64,000 nt of DNA from Patescibacteria group bacterium (GTDB taxonomy: Bacteria; Patescibacteriota; Minisyncoccia; Phycocordibacterales; UBA12445). The first letter of the stretch is position 1, and each line of letters starts with the position of its first letter. A program made the position numbers and the translations under genes. The stretch lies in NCBI GenBank assembly GCA_003504275.1, contig DOAO01000007.1, positions 75,535 through 139,534 of the forward strand, given 5' to 3'. The notes below the pieces were generated by a model. The model did no database searches. It was given only the letters and a program-made list of their open reading frames with translations, and was not told the origin of the DNA. Positions 21,510 to 30,111 of this stretch are shown here, one piece after another.

Positions 21510-22451
21510 ATGGAAATCAAATATTGGAAAATAGAGGACGGCATTAGAAAGGAAATAGAGGATCATTACAGAACCAGACTTGCTCTTTCTCTGAAGGAAC
21601 AAAGTGCAATAGAGATTGTTAAAGAGATAACTTTTGATAATGTCGCCCCAAATTTAAATGTGAAGGAGGTTGATAGTCTTATTTCTTTTGTTAACAAAAA
21701 TTTTTTAGAAGAGAAATTGGAAGGTGTCGGGCTAGAGGTCGGCGCAGGATGCGGATTTTTCAGCGCTGTTTTTGCTAAAGAAGCTACTGTAAAAAAGGTT
21801 TATGCCCTAGAGATAGTGGAGAATATTGTAAAAGAACTGATGCCTAAGGTCGTTGAATCTGTCGCGGGTAAAAATAGTAATAAAGTTGTTGGATGTGTGG
21901 GGGAGTTTAATAATATAGAATTACCTAATAATTCTGTTGATTTTGTATTCGATTTTTATTCACTACACCATTCTAATAATCTGGAAAAAACTTTTAGAGA
22001 ATTATTTAGGGTTTTAAAACCAGGGGGTTTTGTTTTGTGTTTTGACAAAGCCAGGAGCAATTCACTTAGCAGGGAACAATTAGACGGCCTTTTAGATAAG
22101 GAATATCCACGCGAAGCAAAAATTAACATGGGTATAGATCCTTCCGCTATTCATACACGAAGAATGAACGGAGAATATGAGTATAGGCTTAAAGATTGGG
22201 AAAAGGCTTTTTTGGATTCAGGTTTTAATAATTTTTATCACTATCATTTGGCTAGAATGGGCTCGGGCGGTGTTTTTTCTCGGATATACAAAAAGATGAT
22301 TTCAATTTTTCCTATAAAGTTACAAATATTTATAAATAACCTTTTATTGAGAAATAAGAAGGTTAATAATTTAGATGTTTCTAATGTTATCTACACTCGC
22401 TTAGTAGATAATATGCCAAAAGAAATTTCGCTGATGATGGTTTATAAATAA
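21510..22451 (+). CDS. Class I SAM-dependent methyltransferase
   Basis: LEVGAGCG, SLHH, RVLKPGG. Confidence 0.85.
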   Translation: MEIKYWKIEDGIRKEIEDHYRTRLALSLKEQSAIEIVKEITFDNVAPNLNVKEVDSLISFVNKNFLEEKLEGVGLEVGAGCGFFSAVFAKEATVKKVYALEIVENIVKELMPKVVESVAGKNSNKVVGCVGEFNNIELPNNSVDFVFDFYSLHHSNNLEKTFRELFRVLKPGGFVLCFDKARSNSLSREQLDGLLDKEYPREAKINMGIDPSAIHTRRMNGEYEYRLKDWEKAFLDSGFNNFYHYHLARMGSGGVFSRIYKKMISIFPIKLQIFINNLLLRNKKVNNLDVSNVIYTRLVDNMPKEISLMMVYK

Positions 22452-22483
22452 AAAAAGACCACAATTTCTTGTGGTCCTGTCTG

Positions 22484-24139
22484 CTACATATTTAGAATAT
22501 CTTCTATTCTCCCATTGTCTATTTTTTTTCTTGCCTCCAGAAAAATTTCGTTAGACATTTCGCTGAAGTTAAGTGGTTCTCCATTCTTGTCCAATAATAC
22601 TTTTGTTGCATCATCCAGTTCAAGAACATAATTTTGAAGCTTGTCGTCGAAAATCAGCTCTCTTTTATTGCTGAATTTTATTTCAAAATGCTTGTTAAGA
22701 ATCTTTGTGACATGGGGGTCGCTAAACATCCTTGTTCCAGGATAAGCCGTCGCAGTAAACATCTTTTTATTAATTGAGCCAACTGCAATTTTATGAGACT
22801 CTGTGCCTGGAGTTAATTCTTTAGAGACATTTTCTATCTGCCACAGTATGAAAGAAACACTCTTCTTTAAGTCATTAAGTGTTTCTCCTGGGTAACCCAT
22901 TATCCAAGTGCAGTTTGAATGTATTCCGTAAATTAGGCAGTTGTTTATTCCCTCAATCATTGTTCTTGGGAATTCAAAATCATAACCAGGTATTTTAATC
23001 ATACCTTTTTTGAGTATAAATCCACCCTTCCCCATTTTCTCTAGTATTTTTTTACTCGCACTTTCTGCGCCAAAACCTATATAAATGCACCCAGAGTCAG
23101 CCATATCCTTAAGTCTTTCGTCGGCCTCATCTATTCTTGTGTGCGTTCCCCAGCGAAGTTCAATTTCTTTGAATAATAGGGGTAGCAATTTTAATCTTTT
23201 TGTATCAACGGCAAAATTGTCGTCAGGATACCCAAGAAAATCTATTGCATATTTATCCTTAAGTATTTTTGCCTCCTGAAAAAGATTTTCAGCGCTTCTC
23301 ATTCTGTAATTTCTCTCCCCCTGAGAACCACGATAACAAAAAGCACAGTTGTATGGACAACCTCGGCTACTGACCGTAGTAAGACTTTTTTTCATTGTAA
23401 ATGGTGTAGCAGAACTATTATTCGCTGACCCACCCCAAACTGGAGTGTCAATGTACCAATCAAGGAGTCTATTACCAAAAACATCTACTTCAAGTAAATC
23501 TAGCGCAGGAAGGGGTAAAGAATTAAGGTCTTTGGGTCTGCTACCGGGGTATAAGAAGCGATGCCTACCATTAATTTTACCAAAATAGAAAGGAGAATTA
23601 AGGTTACGATCAAAATTATTAAACGCCCCATTTTTCTTGAGATCCAAAATCTCTTTAGCGATTACCAGGATAATATCGTCTCCCTCTGAGTGCCCGATAG
23701 CATCAATGTCATTTATCCAATTAAAGAGTTCGCCACGGATTTCGGTTGCAAGTCCTCCTCCAGAAATCATAAATGATTGTGGACTCGTTTTTCTACAAAT
23801 ATTGGCCACAATTTTTTGCCATCTTAGCGTTGTAATCATTCCAGAGAGGGCGATAATGTCTGGTTCGCCAAATTTATTGAAATGGCTTTCCAGGAGAAAT
23901 TTCACCTCATTCTCTGTGAGGTGTCTTCCCAAAGAAGCTCTTTTGGCTTCCGATAATTCATCAATTATACGATAGGCGTTAAGATCAACAATAGAAACAT
24001 CCGCTCCGTGGCTTCTAAGTCTGGATGCGAGTAATAGTGGTCCTTGTGGTGGTACATTTGGCCTAGCCATCTCCCTTAATGGCATATTAATGAAAACAAC
24101 ATTCAAACCTCTTAGTTCAGAAAATTCTTTTATGATCAT
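22484..24139 (-). CDS. Cobalamin-binding radical SAM enzyme (class B type)
   Basis: N-terminal PPQGPLLLAS..SGGGLAT..EGD B12-binding region; SRGCPYNCAFC; DDNF; GAES. Confidence 0.85.
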   Translation of the reverse strand: MIIKEFSELRGLNVVFINMPLREMARPNVPPQGPLLLASRLRSHGADVSIVDLNAYRIIDELSEAKRASLGRHLTENEVKFLLESHFNKFGEPDIIALSGMITTLRWQKIVANICRKTSPQSFMISGGGLATEIRGELFNWINDIDAIGHSEGDDIILVIAKEILDLKKNGAFNNFDRNLNSPFYFGKINGRHRFLYPGSRPKDLNSLPLPALDLLEVDVFGNRLLDWYIDTPVWGGSANNSSATPFTMKKSLTTVSSRGCPYNCAFCYRGSQGERNYRMRSAENLFQEAKILKDKYAIDFLGYPDDNFAVDTKRLKLLPLLFKEIELRWGTHTRIDEADERLKDMADSGCIYIGFGAESASKKILEKMGKGGFILKKGMIKIPGYDFEFPRTMIEGINNCLIYGIHSNCTWIMGYPGETLNDLKKSVSFILWQIENVSKELTPGTESHKIAVGSINKKMFTATAYPGTRMFSDPHVTKILNKHFEIKFSNKRELIFDDKLQNYVLELDDATKVLLDKNGEPLNFSEMSNEIFLEARKKIDNGRIEDILNM

Positions 24140-24350
24140 ATTACCCCTCCTCTTCTTTATTTTAAGTTTTCAAAGTTCAGACTATTTTAAATTATAAAAG
24201 CACATAAATGGTATTTTTACAATAGCAACATAACAATTAAGATAGAAGATTATTCAATAATCGTGTTTAGATAATAGATGTGCCCAGTTTTTCTTATCTT
24301 ATGCCGAATAATAATTAAAAGCCGACTCTTGTGAGAGTCGGCAAAATTTT

Positions 24351-25154
24351 TTATGTGGAAGTGGGTACGCCCCAGAATTCACATTTAGCGCAAAGGGGAA
24401 TTCCTGCTCTTTTTCCTTGCTTATGGAGTTCGAGCCACTCAAGTCTCTGTTTACCATTCCATATCTCGGCTAGGGTATTTTCATTTACATTGCCTATGAC
24501 TCCGAGATGGTTTGGGTCGAATCTGACACAGATTGAGACATCTCCTGTAATACTGATGCAAAGATGGCTAAGAAAGTCGAGACATATTCCTATTTCCGGT
24601 ATTGTGGGATTTTTTTTCTGATACTTGAAACTTCCCATTGGATGATGTAGAACCCTCTTTACCATAAGAAGTCCAAGGTGTTCATACCCCTTAGGATCAA
24701 TTTCCCCGATGAGACGAAGGTTCGTAAACGGTTTTCTATTTCCTTTTATTTTTACGAATTCTTCGATTATTTTGAGCTGTTCTTCTGCTTCGGTGTCCCC
24801 TTCAAATATTGAAATAGACATCGTATCGAGGTTGTCAATTATCTCGTCGGCTTTTTTGATGAGCAGTTTTCCGTTGGTTGTAATGCTTTTAATTTGTCTT
24901 GTAAATAATTTTAAGGCGTCGCCAAATCTGGGATAGAGTAGACCTTCTCCGTCTTTGTGAAATTGAACCACAATGTTTGAAGGAAGTTGCTCTGCTATTT
25001 TACGCAGTATTTCAAAGTCGGCGTCACCATATTTAAGCGTAAGTTCCGGAAAATCCTTTTCTACTTTTCTTCTGCCACACATCCAACATTTTTTGTTGCA
25101 CCTATTTGTGAGCTCAACATTGACGCAGTTAAGACCAAAAAGCCCTTTTTCCAT
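24351..25154 (-). CDS. Radical SAM protein with SPASM/twitch domain
   Basis: ELTNRCNKKCWMC, DGEGLL, TTNG, C-terminal C..GDVSIC..IGN..IWN..CAKC. Confidence 0.88.
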   Translation of the reverse strand: MEKGLFGLNCVNVELTNRCNKKCWMCGRRKVEKDFPELTLKYGDADFEILRKIAEQLPSNIVVQFHKDGEGLLYPRFGDALKLFTRQIKSITTNGKLLIKKADEIIDNLDTMSISIFEGDTEAEEQLKIIEEFVKIKGNRKPFTNLRLIGEIDPKGYEHLGLLMVKRVLHHPMGSFKYQKKNPTIPEIGICLDFLSHLCISITGDVSICVRFDPNHLGVIGNVNENTLAEIWNGKQRLEWLELHKQGKRAGIPLCAKCEFWGVPTST

Positions 25155-25323
25155 ATTTATTCCCCCCCCCTTATTTTCAAAGTCCTAAGTTGACAAAAGA
25201 TTAACATCTTATTAATTATTTGTCAAAAAATAAAAATGATTTTCGTTGACGCTACTTTATTAATGTGATATCTTCATTCTTAGGTCTTGGAACTTTTACA
25301 ATAAAAAAGAAGGGGGAGATATT

Positions 25324-26187
25324 ATGGCTATTAAGATTGGAAACAGGCTTGTGGGCCTCGGTCACCCGTGTTTCATTATCGGAGAAATAGGCATCAATCA
25401 CAATGGTGATGTTGCTGTCGCCAAAAGGCTTATCGAGGTTGCTAAGAATGCTGGATGTGACGCAGTTAAGTTCCAGAAAAGAACAATTGATATCGTCTAC
25501 CGGCCCGAAGAACTGGCTATGCCAAGGGAAAATCTTTTTGGTAAAACGAATGGCGATCTCAAGCGCGGACTCGAATTCGGTCAGAAAGAATATGAAGAGA
25601 TTGATCGTTATTGTAAGGAAATCGGCATCATATGGTTCGCTTCTCCGTGGGACGAGGACAGTGTTGATTTTCTCGAACAGTTTAATCCGCCCTGCTATAA
25701 AGTAGCTTCCGCTAGTTTGACTGATAGCGGTCTTTTGTCTCATATTAAGACGAAAGGAAGGCCGATTATCTTATCGACAGGCATGAGCACAATGAAGGAA
25801 ATCGAGTACGCATTCAAGGTTCTGGGAAAGGAAAATTTAATAATTCTTCACACCGTTTCCACCTATCCTTCAGAAAATGACGAGTGCAATCTCGCTGTTA
25901 TGGGAACTCTCAAGAACAAATTTAAAGATGTTCCTATTGGATATAGCGGACACGAGAGGGGTATTGTAATTTCTGTAGCGGCTGTTGCACTCGGTGCTTG
26001 TGTTATAGAGAGACATATTACCCTTGATCGCGCAATGTGGGGTTCTGATCAGGCGGCGAGTATTGAGCCAAAAGGTCTCGAACTTTTGGTCCGCGATATT
26101 CGTATGGTCGAGACAGCTATTGGAAGTCCCGAGAAAAAAGTTTACGAAAAAGAGATAGCGATAAAGAAGAAACTCCGCAGAAAATAA
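25324..26187 (+). CDS. neuB: N-acetylneuraminate synthase family protein (short form, no C-terminal SAF/AFP-like domain)
   Basis: EIGINHNG, AVKFQKR, KVASA, LSTGM, GYSGHE, IERHITLD. Confidence 0.9.
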   Translation: MAIKIGNRLVGLGHPCFIIGEIGINHNGDVAVAKRLIEVAKNAGCDAVKFQKRTIDIVYRPEELAMPRENLFGKTNGDLKRGLEFGQKEYEEIDRYCKEIGIIWFASPWDEDSVDFLEQFNPPCYKVASASLTDSGLLSHIKTKGRPIILSTGMSTMKEIEYAFKVLGKENLIILHTVSTYPSENDECNLAVMGTLKNKFKDVPIGYSGHERGIVISVAAVALGACVIERHITLDRAMWGSDQAASIEPKGLELLVRDIRMVETAIGSPEKKVYEKEIAIKKKLRRK

Positions 26188-26206
26188 ACAAAAAAGTTTT
26201 TACTTA

Positions 26207-26237
26207 AAAGGGCGAACAAATGTTCGCCCTTTATTTT
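26207..26237. terminator. Bidirectional intrinsic terminator between neuB and the flippase
   Basis: AAAAGGGCGAACA-AA-TGTTCGCCCTTT hairpin between convergent genes. Confidence 0.75.
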
Positions 26238-27488
26238 TTAAATTTTTCTAAGTGTATAGAAATTAAGAATAAGATTTATAAAACCGTTTAATATTTCTGC
26301 GGCTACTGCTCCGGCTAATCCCCAGATGGGTAGTAGTATCAGTTTGAGAATTAATAATATAGTAGGATTAATAACAGATAAAAAATAATTTATTTTTTTT
26401 CCACCATGAGCTGTAATTGCAATACTCAGTGGTTTTTTGGAATAAGTTAGCAGAGTAAGGGCTAAGAACTGTGAATATATTATAGCCTCATTATATTGAG
26501 GAAAGAATATATTATAAAAATAAGGTATCAATAAAATATAAAGAACAGTAGGAATTATCATTAGCAGGGTGATTTTTAGAGACTTGATTGGAAGCGTCTT
26601 TTTTAAATCCTCAATACTTCTGGATGCTATTTTGGGAATAAGCAGGGAGTTTGATGTTTTTAGCATTGATGCAACTTGATCTACCGGGGCGGAGGCGAAG
26701 GCATAGATAGCCAGTGGTGTGGCTCCCAGGTAATGGAAAACAAGGATTTTGTCTATATTACTGCTTATCATCCCTAATATACCCATTAAGCTGAGGTGTT
26801 TTCCATATTTTATTGCCCCTTTTTCAACATCATGATTTGGTTTATATTTGCTGACGGTAACGAAATAGTAAAAGGTTACCATTATTGCATTTGATAAAAA
26901 ATAAGACCCGACAACATAGACGGGACTGCCAGTTAGCAAGATGGTGACAATCATTACAGCATTTGTGAACAAGCCGGAAGTTACACCATACGTTGTGGAG
27001 GTTTTGAATTCTTTTTTTCCCGTTAGAAATGCTCCATAAAGACTAAGGTTTGTCGTTATTGGCGACAATAGAGCGGGAAAGAGAAGGGAGATACCTAGGG
27101 TATAGTTTTGATTTAAAAAATAATAGGCAGAGATAGCTAACGATATTGATGTGGGAATGAAGCTCCACTTAAAACCTGTTTTAATCGCGGCATACATAGT
27201 ACCTTCAAACCCTCGGGAAACTGATTGGGCTACAATAGTTCCAAGTCCTGTCAGATAGAAGGCACTCGTTATTCCCGCTAAAGACATAATATATTTGTAG
27301 CTTCCATATGAATCTTTTGGGAAGTAGTTTGCAAAAACGAGAGACATTATGAATGTCCCAATCATAGATACACCAAAACCGGAACCAAGCCAAAAACCGC
27401 CCTTAGCGAAATAGACCAGGTCGGTTTTTAAATATCTTCCACCTAGTTTAAGCCATTCAAATACCTTTATCTTTATTTTTTTCAGCAT
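26238..27488 (-). CDS. Oligosaccharide flippase (Wzx/MOP family)
   Basis: About 12 TM segments, YGSYKY, NIDKILV..LG...LAIYAFA, GLAGAVAA. Confidence 0.8.
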   Translation of the reverse strand: MLKKIKIKVFEWLKLGGRYLKTDLVYFAKGGFWLGSGFGVSMIGTFIMSLVFANYFPKDSYGSYKYIMSLAGITSAFYLTGLGTIVAQSVSRGFEGTMYAAIKTGFKWSFIPTSISLAISAYYFLNQNYTLGISLLFPALLSPITTNLSLYGAFLTGKKEFKTSTTYGVTSGLFTNAVMIVTILLTGSPVYVVGSYFLSNAIMVTFYYFVTVSKYKPNHDVEKGAIKYGKHLSLMGILGMISSNIDKILVFHYLGATPLAIYAFASAPVDQVASMLKTSNSLLIPKIASRSIEDLKKTLPIKSLKITLLMIIPTVLYILLIPYFYNIFFPQYNEAIIYSQFLALTLLTYSKKPLSIAITAHGGKKINYFLSVINPTILLILKLILLPIWGLAGAVAAEILNGFINLILNFYTLRKI

Positions 27489-27572
27489 CTTAACAATTTT
27501 AGACTATTTGTCGTCCTTTTGATAGAGTTACCGTTATTGAAACTATTGTTTGTGTTATTTGGTTACAAATAC

Positions 27573-27864
27573 ACCCTATTAAATAAAATTTAAAATTAAA
27601 TAATATATGTACTGCTATGTCTATGTTTTGAGGTCTGATAAGGATGGTAAAATGTATACTGGTTATACAAATAATTTAAAATTTAGATTTGATAGTCACA
27701 ATAAGGGTCTAGTGTTCTCAACAAAAAACAGAAAACCTTTTAAATTGATATATTTTGAGGGGTGCTTAAATCAACAAGATGCGACTAGGCGTGAAAAATA
27801 TTTGAAGACTATTTATGGAAAGAGGTTTATTAAAAGCAGGATCAAATCTTATTTAATAGGGTAA
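27573..27864 (+). mobile_element. Putative GIY-YIG mini-element bounded by 19-bp inverted repeats
   Basis: ACCCTATTAAATAAAATTT (27573-27591) versus AAATCTTATTTAATAGGGT (27844-27862), 18/19 complementary. Confidence 0.5.
27607..27864 (+). CDS. Small GIY-YIG nuclease family protein
   Basis: YVYVL..YTGYTNNL..R...HN.G...STK.R.P..LIY.E....A..RE.YLK. Confidence 0.9.
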   Translation: MYCYVYVLRSDKDGKMYTGYTNNLKFRFDSHNKGLVFSTKNRKPFKLIYFEGCLNQQDATRREKYLKTIYGKRFIKSRIKSYLIG

Positions 27865-27940
27865 ATGAAAAATAAATACAAGATAGGGGTGGCGGGGGTT
27901 GGGATGGTGGGTGTTCAGGTGAGATAAACGGAAAGATGGT
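27865..27940 (+). pseudogene. Truncated duplicate of the 5' end of the UDP-glucose dehydrogenase-like gene
   Basis: Encodes MKNKYKIGVAGVGMVGVQVR*; 27883-27919 is identical to 28992-29028 (37 bp). Confidence 0.8.
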
Positions 27941-27952
27941 AAGATTAAAAAA

Positions 27953-28966
27953 ATGAAAAAGGAAAATAAAAATATTGATGAAAAATTAGATAGAGGAGAG
28001 ATAGCAATTTATCAAAATAAGGACAAGGGTGTTATCGTGGAGGCTAATCTTAAGGAGGATACTATTTGGCTTACACAAGCTCAAATAACAGACATTTTCG
28101 GAGTAGACAGAAGCGTCATAACTAAGCATATTCGTAATATATTTAAAGACGGGGAGCTAGAAGAAAAAAGCAATGTGCAAAAAATGCACATTGCTAATTC
28201 TGATAAATTGGTTAATTTTTATAACTTAGACATGATTCTCTCTGTTGGTTATAGGGTTAATTCTAAACAGGCAACACAGTTTAGGGTTTGGGCGACAAAG
28301 ACTCTCAAGGAACATATCATTAAGGGATACACGTTAAACAGTAAAAGATTGGAGGAGTTGAAGGGAAAGCAGTTAAACGAATTTGAACAAGCGATTGGCC
28401 TAATAAAAAAAACCATAGACACAAAGATTCTTTCTGGAGGAGAAGAGAGTGGTCTTTTGAAGGTCATTACCGAATACGCTAATTCCTGGTTACTCTTACA
28501 GAGATATGATGAAGATGGACTGACTCTACCAAGGAAGGTAAAAAAGCCTACTTTTTCTCTTAAATATGATTTTGCGCAATTGGCTATTTTTGATTTGAAG
28601 AGAGATTTAATGAAGAAGGGAAACGCAAGTGAGCTTTTTGGTACCGAAAGGTCAAGTCTTCAGGGTATAATAGGAAATATCTACCAAACTTTTGGTGGTT
28701 CTGAATTGTATTCAAGTATAGAAGAGAAAGCGGCTCATCTTCTTTACTTTGTTATCAAGGACCATCCTTTTGCTGACGGAAATAAACGTATAGGCTCTTT
28801 TTTGTTTATTGTTTTTCTTGCACAGAATAAACATCTTTTTAGAAAGAATGGGGATAAAAAAATAAATGACAACGCTCTTGTTGCGGTTGCTTTGCTTGTA
28901 GCCGAAAGTGAGCCTTCACACAAAGATACTTTAATAAAATTGATAACAAATTTAATTAGTGATTAA
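27953..28966 (+). CDS. RhuM-like DNA-binding domain fused to a Fic/DOC domain
   Basis: TIWLTQAQI..FG..RS.ITKHI.NIF, YNLDMILSVGYRVNS..ATQFR.WA; Fic motif HPFADGNKR. Confidence 0.9.
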   Translation: MKKENKNIDEKLDRGEIAIYQNKDKGVIVEANLKEDTIWLTQAQITDIFGVDRSVITKHIRNIFKDGELEEKSNVQKMHIANSDKLVNFYNLDMILSVGYRVNSKQATQFRVWATKTLKEHIIKGYTLNSKRLEELKGKQLNEFEQAIGLIKKTIDTKILSGGEESGLLKVITEYANSWLLLQRYDEDGLTLPRKVKKPTFSLKYDFAQLAIFDLKRDLMKKGNASELFGTERSSLQGIIGNIYQTFGGSELYSSIEEKAAHLLYFVIKDHPFADGNKRIGSFLFIVFLAQNKHLFRKNGDKKINDNALVAVALLVAESEPSHKDTLIKLITNLISD

Positions 28967-28970
28967 AGCC

Positions 28971-29834
28971 ATGAAAAAGGGGCAATACAAAATAGGGGTG
29001 GCGGGGGTTGGGATGGTGGGTGTTCAGGCAGAAAGATGGTTCAAGTCAAAGGGATTTGAAGTTTTTGCTTATGATAAATTCAAAAATATTGGAAAAGAGG
29101 AAGATCTGCAGAAAGCCGATTTGATATTTTTGTGTTTACCTACTCCCCATAAGGATAAGGTTAATACGGGGGTGGATATTTCAGTATTTTTTGATTTTTT
29201 GAAGAAGTTTAAAGAACCAAAGATATTTGTAATCAAGTCCACCGTTCCGCCCGGAGCGACCGAGGCAATACAAAAGAAATTTCCCAAACACAAATTCTTA
29301 CATAGTCCGGAGTTTTTGACCGAAGCCACCGCTTGGAAAGATTTTTCAAAACCTGTATTTCAGCTTCTTGGATATACAGAAAAAAGTAAAGATGTGGCTC
29401 AGAATGTTTTAGATATTCTTCCAAGGTCTAAAAAAACAAATTTATTAATGAAGTCTTCTGAGACAGAGGTATTCAAATTTGCACGAAATGCATTCTTTGC
29501 TGTTAAGGTTGTTTTTGCTAATCAGATATATGATATTTGTAAATCTTTTGGCGGTGATTACGATATTATAAAAAATTTAATGCTTTCCGATCCTTGGATA
29601 GGAGGACATCATTTGGAGGTGATTCATAAAGGGTATAGGGGGTTTGGAGGTAAGTGTCTTCCAAAAGATCTCAAGACTTTCATAAAGGTATTTAAAACCA
29701 AAAAATTAAAGCCAGAATTATTTGAAGCGACCGATAGAATCAATGATGGTCTTATAAAAAAACAAAAACTCACAAAAACCTTGAATAAATATTGGTTGGG
29801 AAATTACAACGAGCCCGATTTAGTAAAATTTTAA
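28971..29834 (+). CDS. UDP-glucose/GDP-mannose dehydrogenase family protein (short form)
   Basis: GVGMVG Rossmann motif, CLPTP, IKSTVPPG, SPEFL, GFGGKCLPKD; lacks the usual C-terminal domain. Confidence 0.85.
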   Translation: MKKGQYKIGVAGVGMVGVQAERWFKSKGFEVFAYDKFKNIGKEEDLQKADLIFLCLPTPHKDKVNTGVDISVFFDFLKKFKEPKIFVIKSTVPPGATEAIQKKFPKHKFLHSPEFLTEATAWKDFSKPVFQLLGYTEKSKDVAQNVLDILPRSKKTNLLMKSSETEVFKFARNAFFAVKVVFANQIYDICKSFGGDYDIIKNLMLSDPWIGGHHLEVIHKGYRGFGGKCLPKDLKTFIKVFKTKKLKPELFEATDRINDGLIKKQKLTKTLNKYWLGNYNEPDLVKF

Positions 29835-29898
29835 ATTATAATAATGTTTTACTATGTCTACGTGGGCAGGTTAAGGATTAAGAATAATTATCCCGATT

Positions 29899-29985
29899 GT
29901 CATTCCCGCAGATAGAAAATTTAGAAAGAGGCTCAACCTCCTAAAAAAGAGGTTGAGCCTCTAATTTTCTATCTGCGGGAATGAC
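29899..29985. repeat. Nested palindrome: REP-like shell around a GCTCAACCTC..GAGGTTGAGC core
   Basis: Perfect 23-bp arms 29899-29921 / 29963-29985; 28-bp core 29931-29958 is identical to 32928-32955. Confidence 0.85.
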
Positions 29986-30111
29986 GATGCAATAAAAATA
30001 GACCACATTATATTTTTTAGAAAACATTTAATTTTGTCTCTAATAATGCTATATTACTTTAGATAAAAAGAGTTTCTTTTTTGAGTTAAATTAAAAATTA
30101 AAAACAAGAGA

